From an uncultured Poribacteria bacterium (GTDB taxonomy: Bacteria; Poribacteria; WGA-4E; WGA-3G): a stretch of 64,000 bases of DNA. The translations under genes were made by a program, and so were the position numbers. Under the pieces are notes generated by a model. The model did no database searches, had not been told where the DNA came from, and saw nothing but the letters and a program-made list of their open reading frames with translations. The number at the start of each line of letters is the position of its first letter. Position 1 is the first letter of the stretch. Shown in pieces: positions 50,929 through 61,584 of the stretch. The DNA lies in assembly GCA_951813565.1 (NCBI GenBank), contig OX638351.1:608001-672000 (forward strand), in the 5' to 3' direction.

Positions 50929-53625
50929 TTATAGCGGTTCTAATCGGACAGGACACACTTTCAACTCGGCTGTGTGGGTCACAGGGTCATATCCAGAACC
51001 TGTTAAAAGATTGACGGGAACATCGGCAAAACTGAAACTGGCGAAAACTGTGCCACGTGGTGAGCGATTCGTTGCCTTAATTTTAATGTTGATACTTCCT
51101 CGGGCACTGCTCATTTTGCACCATTCACCGTCTGCCAATTTCCATTTATCAAGGTCAGCAGGATTTACTTCAAGGGATTCTTCCGGTAATAGATAGTCAA
51201 TTCCTTGTGCTCTACCCGTTTGAGTTCGTGTATGGTAAGATTGTAAGCGTCTTCCAGTTGTTAGCCATACAGGAAATTCATCGCTAATTGTTTCTGCCGG
51301 GTCTCGGTAATGAACGTTGGAAAATATCCCTTTTCCATTGACGAACGTATTTTCGTGTAATCTTGGCGTGCCAGGGTGTTCTTTATGTGGCACAGGCCAC
51401 TGGTATTCACTTTTATCAATGCGTTCCCAATCCAAACCTGCATAAATTGGCGAAAGGTGACAGAGTTCATTGAAAATCGGTTTTGGCGCGTTGAAATCAA
51501 AACCTTTGAACTCAAGCCGCTGTGCAATTTGGCAGATAATCCACCAATCAGGTTTTGCTTCACCGGGAGGAGGAACAGCAGCACGCATGCGTTGGACACG
51601 GCGCTCAGTATTGGTGCAAACCCCGTCTGTTTCGCCCCATGCTGTTGCTGGTAGCACGACATCAGCGAGTTCTGCGGTTTCGGTCAGAAAGATGTCAATC
51701 ACAACGAGATGGTCCAAGGAACGAAGTGCATGCTCACAATGCTCACGGTCAGGGTCAGATAGCAATGTATTTTCGCCATCAATTAGCATCGCATGGATGC
51801 TGTCACCACAGAGTTCCAAAGCAGTGACTTTTGTAATGCCTTTCTCAAGGTCAATTTCTTTACCATACGCCTCTTTGAATTTTGCCTGATGTTTGGGATC
51901 GGTGACAGATTGAAAACCGGGATAGTTGTTTGGTAAAGCACCACTATCTCCCGCCCCTTGGATATTATTTTGCCCGCGCATCGGGTTGATACCTGTTCCC
52001 TCGCGTCCAATGTTTCCTGTCATCAATGTAAGATTACACAGACTTTGGACATTTTCTACACCGCAAATATGTTCTGTAATACCGAGTGTATAGTAGATAG
52101 CACCTTTGTCCGCTGTGCCGTACCATATCGCTGCTGTTTCAATGTCTTTCGCAGGGACACCCGTAATAGATTCTGCCCACTCCGGTGTCCATTGACTGAT
52201 GTGTTCAAAGAAGTCATCAAACCCAGTTGTGCGATTTTTGATAAAATCTTCGTCAATCAAGCCTTCGCGAGCAATGACGTGCGCCATTCCCAGAAGCAGT
52301 GCTGTATCTGAACCGACACGGAGCGGCAAATAGAGATGGGACATCTCTGCTAAACCGATCCGCCTTGGGTCTGCAACAATTAGTTTTGCCCCGCGTGCGA
52401 TTGCCTTTTTCAATCCAGTCGCTGCGACAGGATGACATTCTGTCATGTTCGTGCCGATACAGAAGATTACATCAGGTTTCTGCATGTCAACAAGAGGATT
52501 TGACATCGCGCCACGTCCAATCGTTGCTGCCAGACCGGCAACAGTAGGCGCATGTCAGGCACGGCTGCAATTATCAATATAGTTTGTGCCAAATCCGACC
52601 CGTATAAACTTCTGCATGAGATACGCTGCTTCACTCGGCGCGCGCCCAGAAGCAATGCCATAAACGCTGTATCTACCGTGCTCGGAATCAACTTTTCGGA
52701 AGCCTTCAGCAGCTTTATCAAGCGCATCTTCCCACGCGGCTTCGTGTAGTTCGCCATCCTCACCACGTATAAGCGGTGCTTTTAATCTATCAGGGTGTTG
52801 CACGAAGTCGTAAGCAAACTGCCCTTTGACACAGAGCGCACCTTGATTAGCAGGACCGTCCATAGCGGGATGGATACCAACAATTTTTTTGTCTTTTGTC
52901 AGCACATCAACGGAACAACCGACTCCGCAATAGGGGCAGATAGTGCGGGTTTTGTCGAGGGTGGCATCAACCACCTCATCAACGGCACGGAGTGCTTTTT
53001 TGTCAGCGAGTGCGCCTGTCGGACAGGTTTGAATACATTGACCACAAAAAGTACAAGCAGAATCTTTGAGAAGTCCATCAAATTCTGTTGTAATCTGTGT
53101 TCGAAAACCACGATTCATCACATTGATGGCATGGTCCCCTTCTTGTTCGGCACAGACACGCACGCACCGATAACATGAGATACAGAGATCATAATCTCTG
53201 AGTATAAATGGGTTGTCATCGTCTTTGGTCGTGCCGGATTTTGTGCCGGTTATTTTTGCTTCGTTGATTGCGTATTTGTCACGGAGGTCTGCAAGTTCAC
53301 CTGAAGCGTAACCGCTTAATGGATGGACATCAACCTCGCGATTCTCACTAATCACCATCTCAAGTAGTGTCTTCCGATACGTTTCTATTGGACCGGTTGC
53401 AGTACGGACAATCATGCCAGATGTGGCTTTTGTTGTACAGGATGCCATCGGATTACGTGCACCTTCTACCTCAACAATGCACAGACGGCATCCACCAAAA
53501 GGTTCCAACCGTGGATCATAACAAAGCGTAGGAATCTCTTTTTGATGTCGCTGTGCCACTTCAAGCACGGTTTCACCTTCGGAAAAGGTGACTTCGATTC
53601 CATCAATTTGCATTTTATCTGACAT
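50929..53625 (-). CDS. fdhF: Selenocysteine-containing formate dehydrogenase alpha subunit (Mo/W-bisPGD, N-terminal Fe-S domains)
   Basis: ORFs 52555..53625 and 50929..52506 are in frame across TGA 52555-52557: DNCSRA-U-HAPTVAGL; CPYCGVGC, LCVKG, RGQNNIQG. Confidence 0.92.
52522..52554 (-). promoter_or_regulatory. Bacterial SECIS element
   Basis: UGA-CAUGCGCCUACU-GUUGCC-GGUCU-GGCAGC hairpin, resembling the E. coli fdhF SECIS. Confidence 0.8.
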
Positions 53626-53685
53626 AGGCCGCGCTCCATCTTTACCAAGGATTACAGATTTTGATGCTATGGACAGTTACTATCA

Positions 53686-54744
53686 TTATTCCTTTGCTTG
53701 CGTGAAATCAATTTGTGGTACTTCCAACTCACCAGAAAGAATTTTGGCTTTTGCTGCTTCAACAGCGTCAAGCACTTCTTGTGGTATCTTATCTTTCAAC
53801 TTGTCATTGTAGGTTAGTGTGATTGCCTGATCCGTCAACATGTTGAAGGTGAAAAGCTGCGATTTGAACTCAGTATCCGGTTTGAACTTAGCGTCCTTTA
53901 CCTCTTTAGCAACCTTAACAAAAGCTTTTGGCGTAATCACAGCGTTTGCAAGCACTGTTGTTGGGGAAATCTCACTTTTGTCTCGATTTGCACCAAACGT
54001 GTATACAGTTTTCCCTTCTGCTTGGGCGTTTTCAGCAGCTTCAAAAGCGCCGAGACCTGCTGCATCCGCGTTAGGAAAAAGAAAGTCAACACCTTCATTA
54101 ATTAATGCGGTTGCAAGTTCCTTTCCTTTAACAATATCCTCCCAATTCCCAACGTACACTGAGCGCACATCTACATCAGGGTTAACGCTTTTCGCACCAG
54201 CTTCAAAAGCGATAAAAGTGCTCTTGACAGACGGAATTTCATCGCCGCCAATAGTGCCGAGTTTATTCCCTTGTGTCATCATCCCTGCAATTATCCCTAA
54301 TAGGTAAGCGGGTTGCTCAACACGGAAGTTGACTGGGGCAATATTGGTGGTGATAGTGCCACCTGAAGATGTCATAAAAATTGTGTCAGGAAAATCAGGT
54401 GCCACCGCTTTTGCGGGGTTTTGAAATTCATAGCCGTGTCCAAAGACAAGGTCGAATCCCTTTTCTGCATAATAACGAAAGTGTTGTTCTTGTTCAGTAG
54501 AAGTTCGGCTTTCAACATCCATAATTTTTGCCCCAAGTTCTTCTTCAATAGCCAGAAGTCCTTCGTAGGCTAAAGCATTCCAACCTGCGTCGGTTTTGGA
54601 AGCAGGAAGAAGCATTGCAACTTTAAATTCATCTTCCGTTTTAGTATCTGCGCATCCGATAAGCATAAAGCCGAGTGTGAAAATACATAGCATGCACAGC
54701 GCAATTCTTGTATTAAATTTATTTGACAAACAAATCTGTTTCAT
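53686..54744 (-). CDS. BMP-family (PnrA-like) substrate-binding lipoprotein
   Basis: Lipobox LIGC; DAGWNALAYEGL, VFGHGYEF, AYLLGIIAG, FEAGAKSVNPD. Confidence 0.88.
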   Translation of the reverse strand: MKQICLSNKFNTRIALCMLCIFTLGFMLIGCADTKTEDEFKVAMLLPASKTDAGWNALAYEGLLAIEEELGAKIMDVESRTSTEQEQHFRYYAEKGFDLVFGHGYEFQNPAKAVAPDFPDTIFMTSSGGTITTNIAPVNFRVEQPAYLLGIIAGMMTQGNKLGTIGGDEIPSVKSTFIAFEAGAKSVNPDVDVRSVYVGNWEDIVKGKELATALINEGVDFLFPNADAAGLGAFEAAENAQAEGKTVYTFGANRDKSEISPTTVLANAVITPKAFVKVAKEVKDAKFKPDTEFKSQLFTFNMLTDQAITLTYNDKLKDKIPQEVLDAVEAAKAKILSGELEVPQIDFTQAKE

Positions 54745-54780
54745 AATAGTGTTTTCCTCCTATAGTATTGACGCGTGATT

Positions 54781-54809
54781 ATTATAGCATATTTGCTAAG
54801 AGTTGTAAA
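54781..54809 (-). promoter_or_regulatory. Sigma70 promoter for the BMP gene
   Basis: TTTACA-N17-TATAAT with TGn extended -10. Confidence 0.6.
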
Positions 54810-55021
54810 GTTGCCAAAAATTCTAATCAGGGTCATTCAATTCTCCAATAATTCTTCCTTTTCCTAATACCTCTTCCTGTAGGAGCGAGCTCCAGCTCGC
54901 GACCATGTTCAAAATGGTGAGAAAAACACGAAAACTGAATGACTCTGAATTCTTACTTCAGGCAGCTAAGCAAGTAGTTGGATAGTTTTCTCTAAAGTTT
55001 TTACGTTGTATTTTTGACAGT

Positions 55022-56383
55022 TCATAACAACGGTTGTGAGGTTTTCCCAAGTACCCGCGGAAGCCAGAGACTTAACTCAGGGATATAAGTTACAAGTATT
55101 AAGGCTATCAGCAACAAACCGATAAACAGTAGGACGGACCTGTAAAGCAGTACTACCGACTTGTCAAACTTCATGCTTGAAATGAACAGATTCATGCCTA
55201 CGGGTGGTGTCAGATAACCTATTTCAAGATTTGTCAATATGATTATGCCGAGGTGTACCTTGTCTATTCCAAACTGTTCGGCTATCGGAAGCAGCAATGG
55301 AACGATGATGATTATCGCTGAAAAGATATCCATTAGACATCCAACGATGAGAAGAAAGATATTGAGACCGATAAGTGTAATGACTTTGTTTTCTGTAATA
55401 GACTGAATCCAATCAAGGACAATCATAGGCACCTCAAGTGTATTGAGATAACCCGTTAATCCTAAAGCGATACCGAGGATGATAAGGATTGCGCCCACAA
55501 GGAGCATGCTTTCTTTGACAAGACGTGGCAGAATTTTCACAGAAATAGACCGGTGAATACATATTTCTACGATACAGACATATATGACTGTCAATGCAGC
55601 AACTTCATCAAGTGTAACAACCAATGGAGAGATTTCACCTAATTCGAGAAATGGCAATAACTTTTCTAAATGCGTCAATATGGCCCGTTGTAACTGTCCA
55701 GAAAAGATTCCACCTAATACAAGAAATGGCAACATCAGTTCCCATTTTGCTTCCCAAAGTGTTCGCGCGAAAACCGACAAACTAAACCGGGTTGTTTCCG
55801 TCCGTTTGAAAACGCTCCATCCGCAGCAATAAACGCTTAGGATGGCGAGAATGAGCATCCCTGGAATAATTCCCGCGAAGAACATCGTACCGATTGGCAC
55901 TTGTGCAACAATAGCATAAAGGATAAGCGGAATACTGGGTGGAAAGAGGAGTCCAATACTCCCGGAGGCAGTTATTAAGCCGAGTGAAAATTTTTCGTTG
56001 TAGGTTTGTCGTAGAATTGGATAGACCAAACCACCGAGGGCGATGATTGTTACGCCAGATGCCCCAGTAAAAGTGGTAAAGAAAGCGCAGGTGCCAAGCA
56101 CAACTACAGCAATTCCGCCCGGTAGCCAACCAACACTTGCACGCGCAAACGCTACCAACCGTTGCGGTGCTTTTCCTTCTGCGATTATATATCCTGCAAA
56201 AGTGAAAAGTGGAATAATCGGAATTGTTGTATTTTTTATGATTCTGTTAAAATCAATTAGAATTGTTGAAATTGGTAAGTCTGCTGTAGCGTATCCAATA
56301 ATTGATGCGCCTCCAAGTAATACAAAAAGCGCACCACCGAAAAGTGCGAAACCCGCTAACACGATACCGATTATTAATCCCAT
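55022..56383 (-). CDS. TRAP transporter large permease (DctM)
   Basis: IPLFTFAG, GSIGLLFPPSIPLILY, NLEIGYLTPPVGMNLF. Confidence 0.93.
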   Translation of the reverse strand: MGLIIGIVLAGFALFGGALFVLLGGASIIGYATADLPISTILIDFNRIIKNTTIPIIPLFTFAGYIIAEGKAPQRLVAFARASVGWLPGGIAVVVLGTCAFFTTFTGASGVTIIALGGLVYPILRQTYNEKFSLGLITASGSIGLLFPPSIPLILYAIVAQVPIGTMFFAGIIPGMLILAILSVYCCGWSVFKRTETTRFSLSVFARTLWEAKWELMLPFLVLGGIFSGQLQRAILTHLEKLLPFLELGEISPLVVTLDEVAALTVIYVCIVEICIHRSISVKILPRLVKESMLLVGAILIILGIALGLTGYLNTLEVPMIVLDWIQSITENKVITLIGLNIFLLIVGCLMDIFSAIIIIVPLLLPIAEQFGIDKVHLGIIILTNLEIGYLTPPVGMNLFISSMKFDKSVVLLYRSVLLFIGLLLIALILVTYIPELSLWLPRVLGKTSQPLL

Positions 56384-56910
56384 TATTCCGATTCTCCTTC
56401 AATTTCATCCTGAAGGTGATCACGTTTTGTCAATTGAATACAAATCTGAAGTATTATGTGAATCCCAATGAGAACAAATCCTATCGGGATAATGGTTTTT
56501 GCCCACCAAAGTGGGATAGATCCTATCAATGTTGCTGGACTTTTTTGTTCTTCTATCAGAAAGCCAAAACCGAAATAAGCTAAAATGCTCACCACAATCA
56601 GACTCAACACATCAATGATATAAGAACTATAACGTAGGACGTTTTTAGGTAAAATTCGGCTGAGCACATCAATGCTAATGTGTCGTCTTTCAGAAGAAGC
56701 GAGTGCTGCACCTAAAAAACACATCCAGAGTGTTAAGTTTTGAAACATAATGTGTTTCCACAACAGACTCTCTTTAAAGCCGTAACGTAGGACAATTTCA
56801 AGCACTGCGAGTCCAATCATCATGGCAACAATTACGCATAACAAACCGGTTTCAATTTTGCCAAGGAGGGTATTTATCCGTTGTAAGTAGTTTCTGAAAG
56901 GAGATTCCAT
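56383..56910 (-). CDS. TRAP transporter small permease (DctQ)
   Basis: Four TM segments; WMCFLGAALAS...HISIDVL. Confidence 0.9.
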   Translation of the reverse strand: MESPFRNYLQRINTLLGKIETGLLCVIVAMMIGLAVLEIVLRYGFKESLLWKHIMFQNLTLWMCFLGAALASSERRHISIDVLSRILPKNVLRYSSYIIDVLSLIVVSILAYFGFGFLIEEQKSPATLIGSIPLWWAKTIIPIGFVLIGIHIILQICIQLTKRDHLQDEIEGESE

Positions 56911-56921
56911 TGGATTCTTTG

Positions 56922-58181
56922 TTATTTTTCTTCTGCTAAAACCTGAATTCCCGCTGAAGGTAGGATTGCGACTTTCGCTTTTGCTGGGAGTTTTTCAGCG
57001 AATAGTTGGATCAGTTGTTCTAAGTCACGGAAGAGGAGGGCGTTTGCGTGTTTTTTGTAAAAATCGTCTACTCGAAAATTTTCAGACCAGACGTGAAGTT
57101 GATCAATGCTTCCAAGTTTGGGTTCAGGAAGTTCTGGGGGAGTTCTTTCAGCTCTCTGTTCAAGATAGCGGGTATAATCAATCTGATCAAACAACCCATG
57201 GTAGCAGATACCATCGCTTGCGGGATTAAGTGCCATCTTATATGCTTTCTCAAAGTAACCGCTCGCCCACAGCGCTTTTCCTGTTTGAATAGGATCGCTG
57301 TCAAGCGGATAGCAATTTAGGACGATCAGATCAGTCTCTTTCCGAGATTGCATCGGTATCTCTGTGCCGTAGGTTTCTAATGCGAAATGTGCACCCGCAC
57401 GGTGTGCCTCCACAAAATCTCCAACAAATAATCCGCAAATCTCACGCCGAGAATTAAGGACGACATTTGCGATTACATCAAGACCGATGGCAGCCGCAAC
57501 CTCTTCAGCAAAATCTCGATGGTCAGGTGTGCTGCTCTTTCTTTCAATGACAGCGTGTCCACGACTCGGTGAAAAGGTGTGGAAATAAAACATCGTTGCA
57601 AACCCAGAGACACCGGGAACAATCAACTTTGCACCACCGCCAAATCCAACAGAACCGTGCGGATAGATACCACCCAAACAGATTTTGAATTCCGCATCTG
57701 CAACAATACTGTTGATATAGATAGGCATTCCGTTATCAAGGCTCCCATAGCCACGGAGGTCACCGCTCATAAAGTTATGACTTGTTACCTCATATTCTGC
57801 CGCAATGTTGACACCGACTTTTTTCGATGCTTCTTCGTCAGTGAGAGGTCTGTGTGATCCACCGCCTACAACAAATCTGATTTCTGATTTCGGAACACCT
57901 GCTGAGGTGAGTTCACGTAGTAGAAACGGGATAACATCGGCTGCAGGGGTCGGACGGCTCAGGTCATCAACGACGATGGCAGCACTCTTTTTGCCTTTTG
58001 CAAGTTCAGCAATACGTGGGATACCGATTGGTTCAGCAAAAGCGTGTTCAATCTGCTTGTCAGAAAGTACCGGTGCGTCTTTTGGCCCTAACATTTCTAC
58101 TTCCCATCCTGTTGGGAAATTCAGTGTCAGTTCCTCATCACCATACCATGCACGGGAATGGACTGTGGCAGTGTTGTTCAT
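56922..58181 (-). CDS. LarA-family (lactate racemase domain, DUF2088) protein
   Basis: VVDDLSRPTP, GSHR, PHGSVGFGGGAK. Confidence 0.85.
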   Translation of the reverse strand: MNNTATVHSRAWYGDEELTLNFPTGWEVEMLGPKDAPVLSDKQIEHAFAEPIGIPRIAELAKGKKSAAIVVDDLSRPTPAADVIPFLLRELTSAGVPKSEIRFVVGGGSHRPLTDEEASKKVGVNIAAEYEVTSHNFMSGDLRGYGSLDNGMPIYINSIVADAEFKICLGGIYPHGSVGFGGGAKLIVPGVSGFATMFYFHTFSPSRGHAVIERKSSTPDHRDFAEEVAAAIGLDVIANVVLNSRREICGLFVGDFVEAHRAGAHFALETYGTEIPMQSRKETDLIVLNCYPLDSDPIQTGKALWASGYFEKAYKMALNPASDGICYHGLFDQIDYTRYLEQRAERTPPELPEPKLGSIDQLHVWSENFRVDDFYKKHANALLFRDLEQLIQLFAEKLPAKAKVAILPSAGIQVLAEEK

Positions 58182-58276
58182 GGTTGTCCTCCATTTCTGA
58201 ATCTGAAATCGATGAATAAAAGATGTGTCTATTCTATCAAAATATCAACTCGTGTCAAGGTATTTTGCTGCTAACT

Positions 58277-58554
58277 CATAGGCGTCAATTTAGTGAGTAA
58301 GGTTAATGCGTCTGATACACCTTTCGCCCCTCTGGGGCTTGATATTGGTGGGATCAATGCTTACTATACACCTTTCGCCTCTCTGAGGCTTTAGTAAATC
58401 ACATATTAGCACCAGCGGTGCGGAAGGTGTATAGAATATATATCACCCCAAACCGAAGCACCAGCGGTGCGAAAGGTGTGTGGGCTAAAATCGGGCTTAT
58501 AAAGCCCTCCCACAAGAAAAACCAACATATATTTTCTTAAATTGACACCTATGA
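58277..58554. mobile_element. MITE containing four REP-like units, flanked by a direct repeat
   Basis: TIR TCATAGGCGTCAATTTA / TAAATTGACACCTATGA; GTATTTTGCTGCTAACTCATA at 58260 and 58556; internal ACACCTTTCGCC twice and GCACCAGCGGTGCG twice. Confidence 0.8.
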
Positions 58555-58689
58555 AGTATTTTGCTGCTAACTCATATCATATCTAATTGGCACATTAAAA
58601 ATGATATAACAATTCACCTTTGATCGGTGCGCTTACAAAGCGCGCCTACAAGCGGATATCTGCACTTTTTCAGATTTTCTGCTATGGGA

Positions 58690-59949
58690 TTACTCTGGTG
58701 TTAACACCTGAATTCCTGCCACAGGTAAAACAGCAACTTTAGCACTTTTGGGAAGTTTTTCAGTTAACAATTGAATTAACTGATCTAAGTCACGGAATAG
58801 AATTGAGGAAGGATACTCCTTGTAGAAATCATCTCTTTCAAAATGCTCAGACCAAACATGTAGTTGAGATCGTCTCCCAAGTTTTGGTGCGGGTGATGGG
58901 GTAGTGGGTATGTGTTCTGCTTTCTGCTTAAGATACCGTTGATAATCAAGTCGATCAAACAGTCCGTGGAAGCAGGTGCCATCGGTTGCGGGATAGAGCG
59001 CAATTGTATAAGCGTTTTCAAAATAGGAAAAAGCAGCAAGTGCTTTATCAAGTTGAATAGCATCAGCATCAAGCGGGTAGCAGTTAATCACGACAAGATC
59101 GCTTTCTGTGCGTGTTGTTTCCGATATTTTTGTTCTGTAGGTGTCCATCGCAAAATGTGCGCCTTTACGGTGTGCTTTAATGAAATCTCCTACGAAAAAC
59201 CCACAAATTTCACGGCGGCTATTAAGGACAACATTAGCGATAGCGTCAAGACCAAGAACAGCTGCAGCCATTTCAATGGTATCGCGACGATCTGGTTCAT
59301 CGCTTTGTCCTTCAATCACTGCGGGACCGCGTCCCGGTGGAAAGGTATGGAAATAGCACATCGTGGAAAATCCTGCGGTCCCGGGTACAATCAGTTTAGC
59401 ACCACCACTAAAACCGACTGAACTGTGTGGATAGATACCACCGAGGCAGATTTTGAAGTCAGCATCTGCAACAGTCCGATTGATATAGACAGGTGTGCCG
59501 TTTTCAAGGTGTCCCAATGCCCGAAGGTCATTGCTCAGGAAATTATGGTTGGTTATCTCATATTCTGCTGCGATGTCAACTCCAACTTTCTTTGCCATCT
59601 CTTCCTCGGAGATGGGTCGGTGTGCACCGACACCAACGACAAATCGGATTTCTGATTTTGGCACACCTGCTGCAAAAAGTTCCCGCAACAGAAACGGGAT
59701 TACTTTAAATGCTGGGGTCGGACGACTTAGATCGTCTATGATGATGGCGGCACTCTTTTTGCCTTTTGCAAGTTCAGCGATACGTTTTGTACTGATCGGT
59801 TCTGCGAATGCTTGTTCAATTTGTGCGTCAGAAAGTGCGGGTGCGTCCTTAGGATTCAACATCTCCACTTCCCAACCGGTTGGAAAATTGAGCGTCAGTT
59901 CGTTATCTCCGTGCCAAGCACCGGAGCGAACTGTAGCAACGTTGTCCAT
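58690..59949 (-). CDS. LarA-family protein, tandem paralog
   Basis: IIDDLSRPTP, GAHR, PHSSVGFSGGAK; colinear with 56922..58181, both 419 aa. Confidence 0.85.
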   Translation of the reverse strand: MDNVATVRSGAWHGDNELTLNFPTGWEVEMLNPKDAPALSDAQIEQAFAEPISTKRIAELAKGKKSAAIIIDDLSRPTPAFKVIPFLLRELFAAGVPKSEIRFVVGVGAHRPISEEEMAKKVGVDIAAEYEITNHNFLSNDLRALGHLENGTPVYINRTVADADFKICLGGIYPHSSVGFSGGAKLIVPGTAGFSTMCYFHTFPPGRGPAVIEGQSDEPDRRDTIEMAAAVLGLDAIANVVLNSRREICGFFVGDFIKAHRKGAHFAMDTYRTKISETTRTESDLVVINCYPLDADAIQLDKALAAFSYFENAYTIALYPATDGTCFHGLFDRLDYQRYLKQKAEHIPTTPSPAPKLGRRSQLHVWSEHFERDDFYKEYPSSILFRDLDQLIQLLTEKLPKSAKVAVLPVAGIQVLTPE

Positions 59950-59960
59950 GATTCCTCTCC

Positions 59961-61574
59961 CTAATCACTTTTTTCTTTTTGATAACGTAGGACTGCTGCA
60001 ATGAATTCGCGGAATAGCGGATGTGGCGTGAGAGGTTTAGATTGAAATTCCGGATGGAATTGTGAACCAACCATCCATGGATGATCAGCCACCTCTGCAA
60101 TCTCCACAAGGCTTCCGTCAGGCGATACGCCACTAAAACGGAGTCCTGCCTCTTTCAATTGCGAACGGTAGTTGTTATTCAATTCGTAGCGATGCCTATG
60201 CCGTTCTAAGATAATAGGTTGTTGATACGCTTCGTAACTTTTGGTATCTTCCTTAAGAACACACGGGTAATGTCCAAGTCGCATCGTTGCCCCTAAATCA
60301 GCTATTGCGCGCTGTTCCAACATTAAATCTATGACGGGATACGGTGTTTTTTCATCAAATTCGGTGCTGTTTGCATTTTTTAGGTTCGCCATGTGTCGAG
60401 CAAATTCAATTACAAGACACTGCATGCCGAGACATAACCCAAAATAAGGGATACGATTTTCACGAGCGTATTTAACCGCTGTTATCATTCCTTCGATGCC
60501 ACGATCACCAAAACCACCAGGCACCAAAATTCCGTCAATATTTTCAAACAATTCATCAAAATTAGGATGATCTGTCAACATTTCAGCTTCTATCCATTCA
60601 ATATGGACCTCTGCTTCGTTTGCTATACCACCATGTTTAATAGCTTCTTGGACACTGATATAGGCATCATTCCCAGTAGTATATTTTCCTACGATAGCGA
60701 TGTTCGTGGTGTGTTTAGGATTTTTTAGTCTTTCCACCATGGCTATCCATTCAGCATCCAATGTTGCGCGCCTCTCAAGACCTAATTTCTTTGCGACGAG
60801 ATGTCCCATACCCTGTTCTTCAAAATTGAGTGGGATTTCATCTACGCATTTTGTATCCAATCCTTCCAAAATAAATTCTTCGCCGATACCACAGAGGAGC
60901 GCAATCTTTCTACGGACGCCTTCCTCAATGTGTTGACTCGTGCGGCATAATAATAAATCAGGGTGGATACCTAACTCTTGGAGTTTTCTGATGCTGTGTT
61001 GGGTCGGTTTACTTTTACTTTCGCCATTGGGTAAGGTATAGATGAGCGAAACGTGGAGGAACAAAGTGTTTTCTCGTCCGACCTCCACAGCCATTTGTCG
61101 GATAGCTTCAACAAACGGAGGTGTTTCAAAATCACCAATAGTGCCACCGATTTCTGTGATGACGATGTCTACATCGCTATCTTTTCCAATCTGGTAGATC
61201 CGGCGTTTGATTTCATCCGTAATATGTGGAATCAGTTGAACTGTTTGCCCCAGATAATCACCACGTCGTTCTTTCTCAATTACTTCCTTATAAACAGCAC
61301 CGGTAGTAAAGTTAGACTGTTTATTCAAGTCAACACCGAGAAAACGTTCATAATTTCCTAAGTCTAAATCTGTTTCAGCACCATCATGCGTTACAAAAAC
61401 TTCGCCGTGTTGGAAGGGATTCATTACCCCCGCATCAACATTGAGATATGGATCAATTTTGACGACATTAACTTTGAAGCCACGGTTAATGAGCAATCTG
61501 CCTAATGCTGCAGTTGTAATTCCTTTACCTATTCCTGAGATAACGCCGCCTGTTACAAAGATATATTTTATCAT
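59961..61574 (-). CDS. pyrG: CTP synthase
   Basis: KYIFVTGGVISGIGKG, DPYLNVD, GLCLGMQ, ERHRHRYE, QFHPEF. Confidence 0.97.
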   Translation of the reverse strand: MIKYIFVTGGVISGIGKGITTAALGRLLINRGFKVNVVKIDPYLNVDAGVMNPFQHGEVFVTHDGAETDLDLGNYERFLGVDLNKQSNFTTGAVYKEVIEKERRGDYLGQTVQLIPHITDEIKRRIYQIGKDSDVDIVITEIGGTIGDFETPPFVEAIRQMAVEVGRENTLFLHVSLIYTLPNGESKSKPTQHSIRKLQELGIHPDLLLCRTSQHIEEGVRRKIALLCGIGEEFILEGLDTKCVDEIPLNFEEQGMGHLVAKKLGLERRATLDAEWIAMVERLKNPKHTTNIAIVGKYTTGNDAYISVQEAIKHGGIANEAEVHIEWIEAEMLTDHPNFDELFENIDGILVPGGFGDRGIEGMITAVKYARENRIPYFGLCLGMQCLVIEFARHMANLKNANSTEFDEKTPYPVIDLMLEQRAIADLGATMRLGHYPCVLKEDTKSYEAYQQPIILERHRHRYELNNNYRSQLKEAGLRFSGVSPDGSLVEIAEVADHPWMVGSQFHPEFQSKPLTPHPLFREFIAAVLRYQKEKSD

Positions 61575-61584
61575 TTTCTTCCCT

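Noticed and set aside
58310..58485. Short repeats with intervening sequence resembling a CRISPR array
   Set aside because: Only two copies per orientation, arranged as inverted pairs within a TIR element; no cas genes; fits REP/BIME
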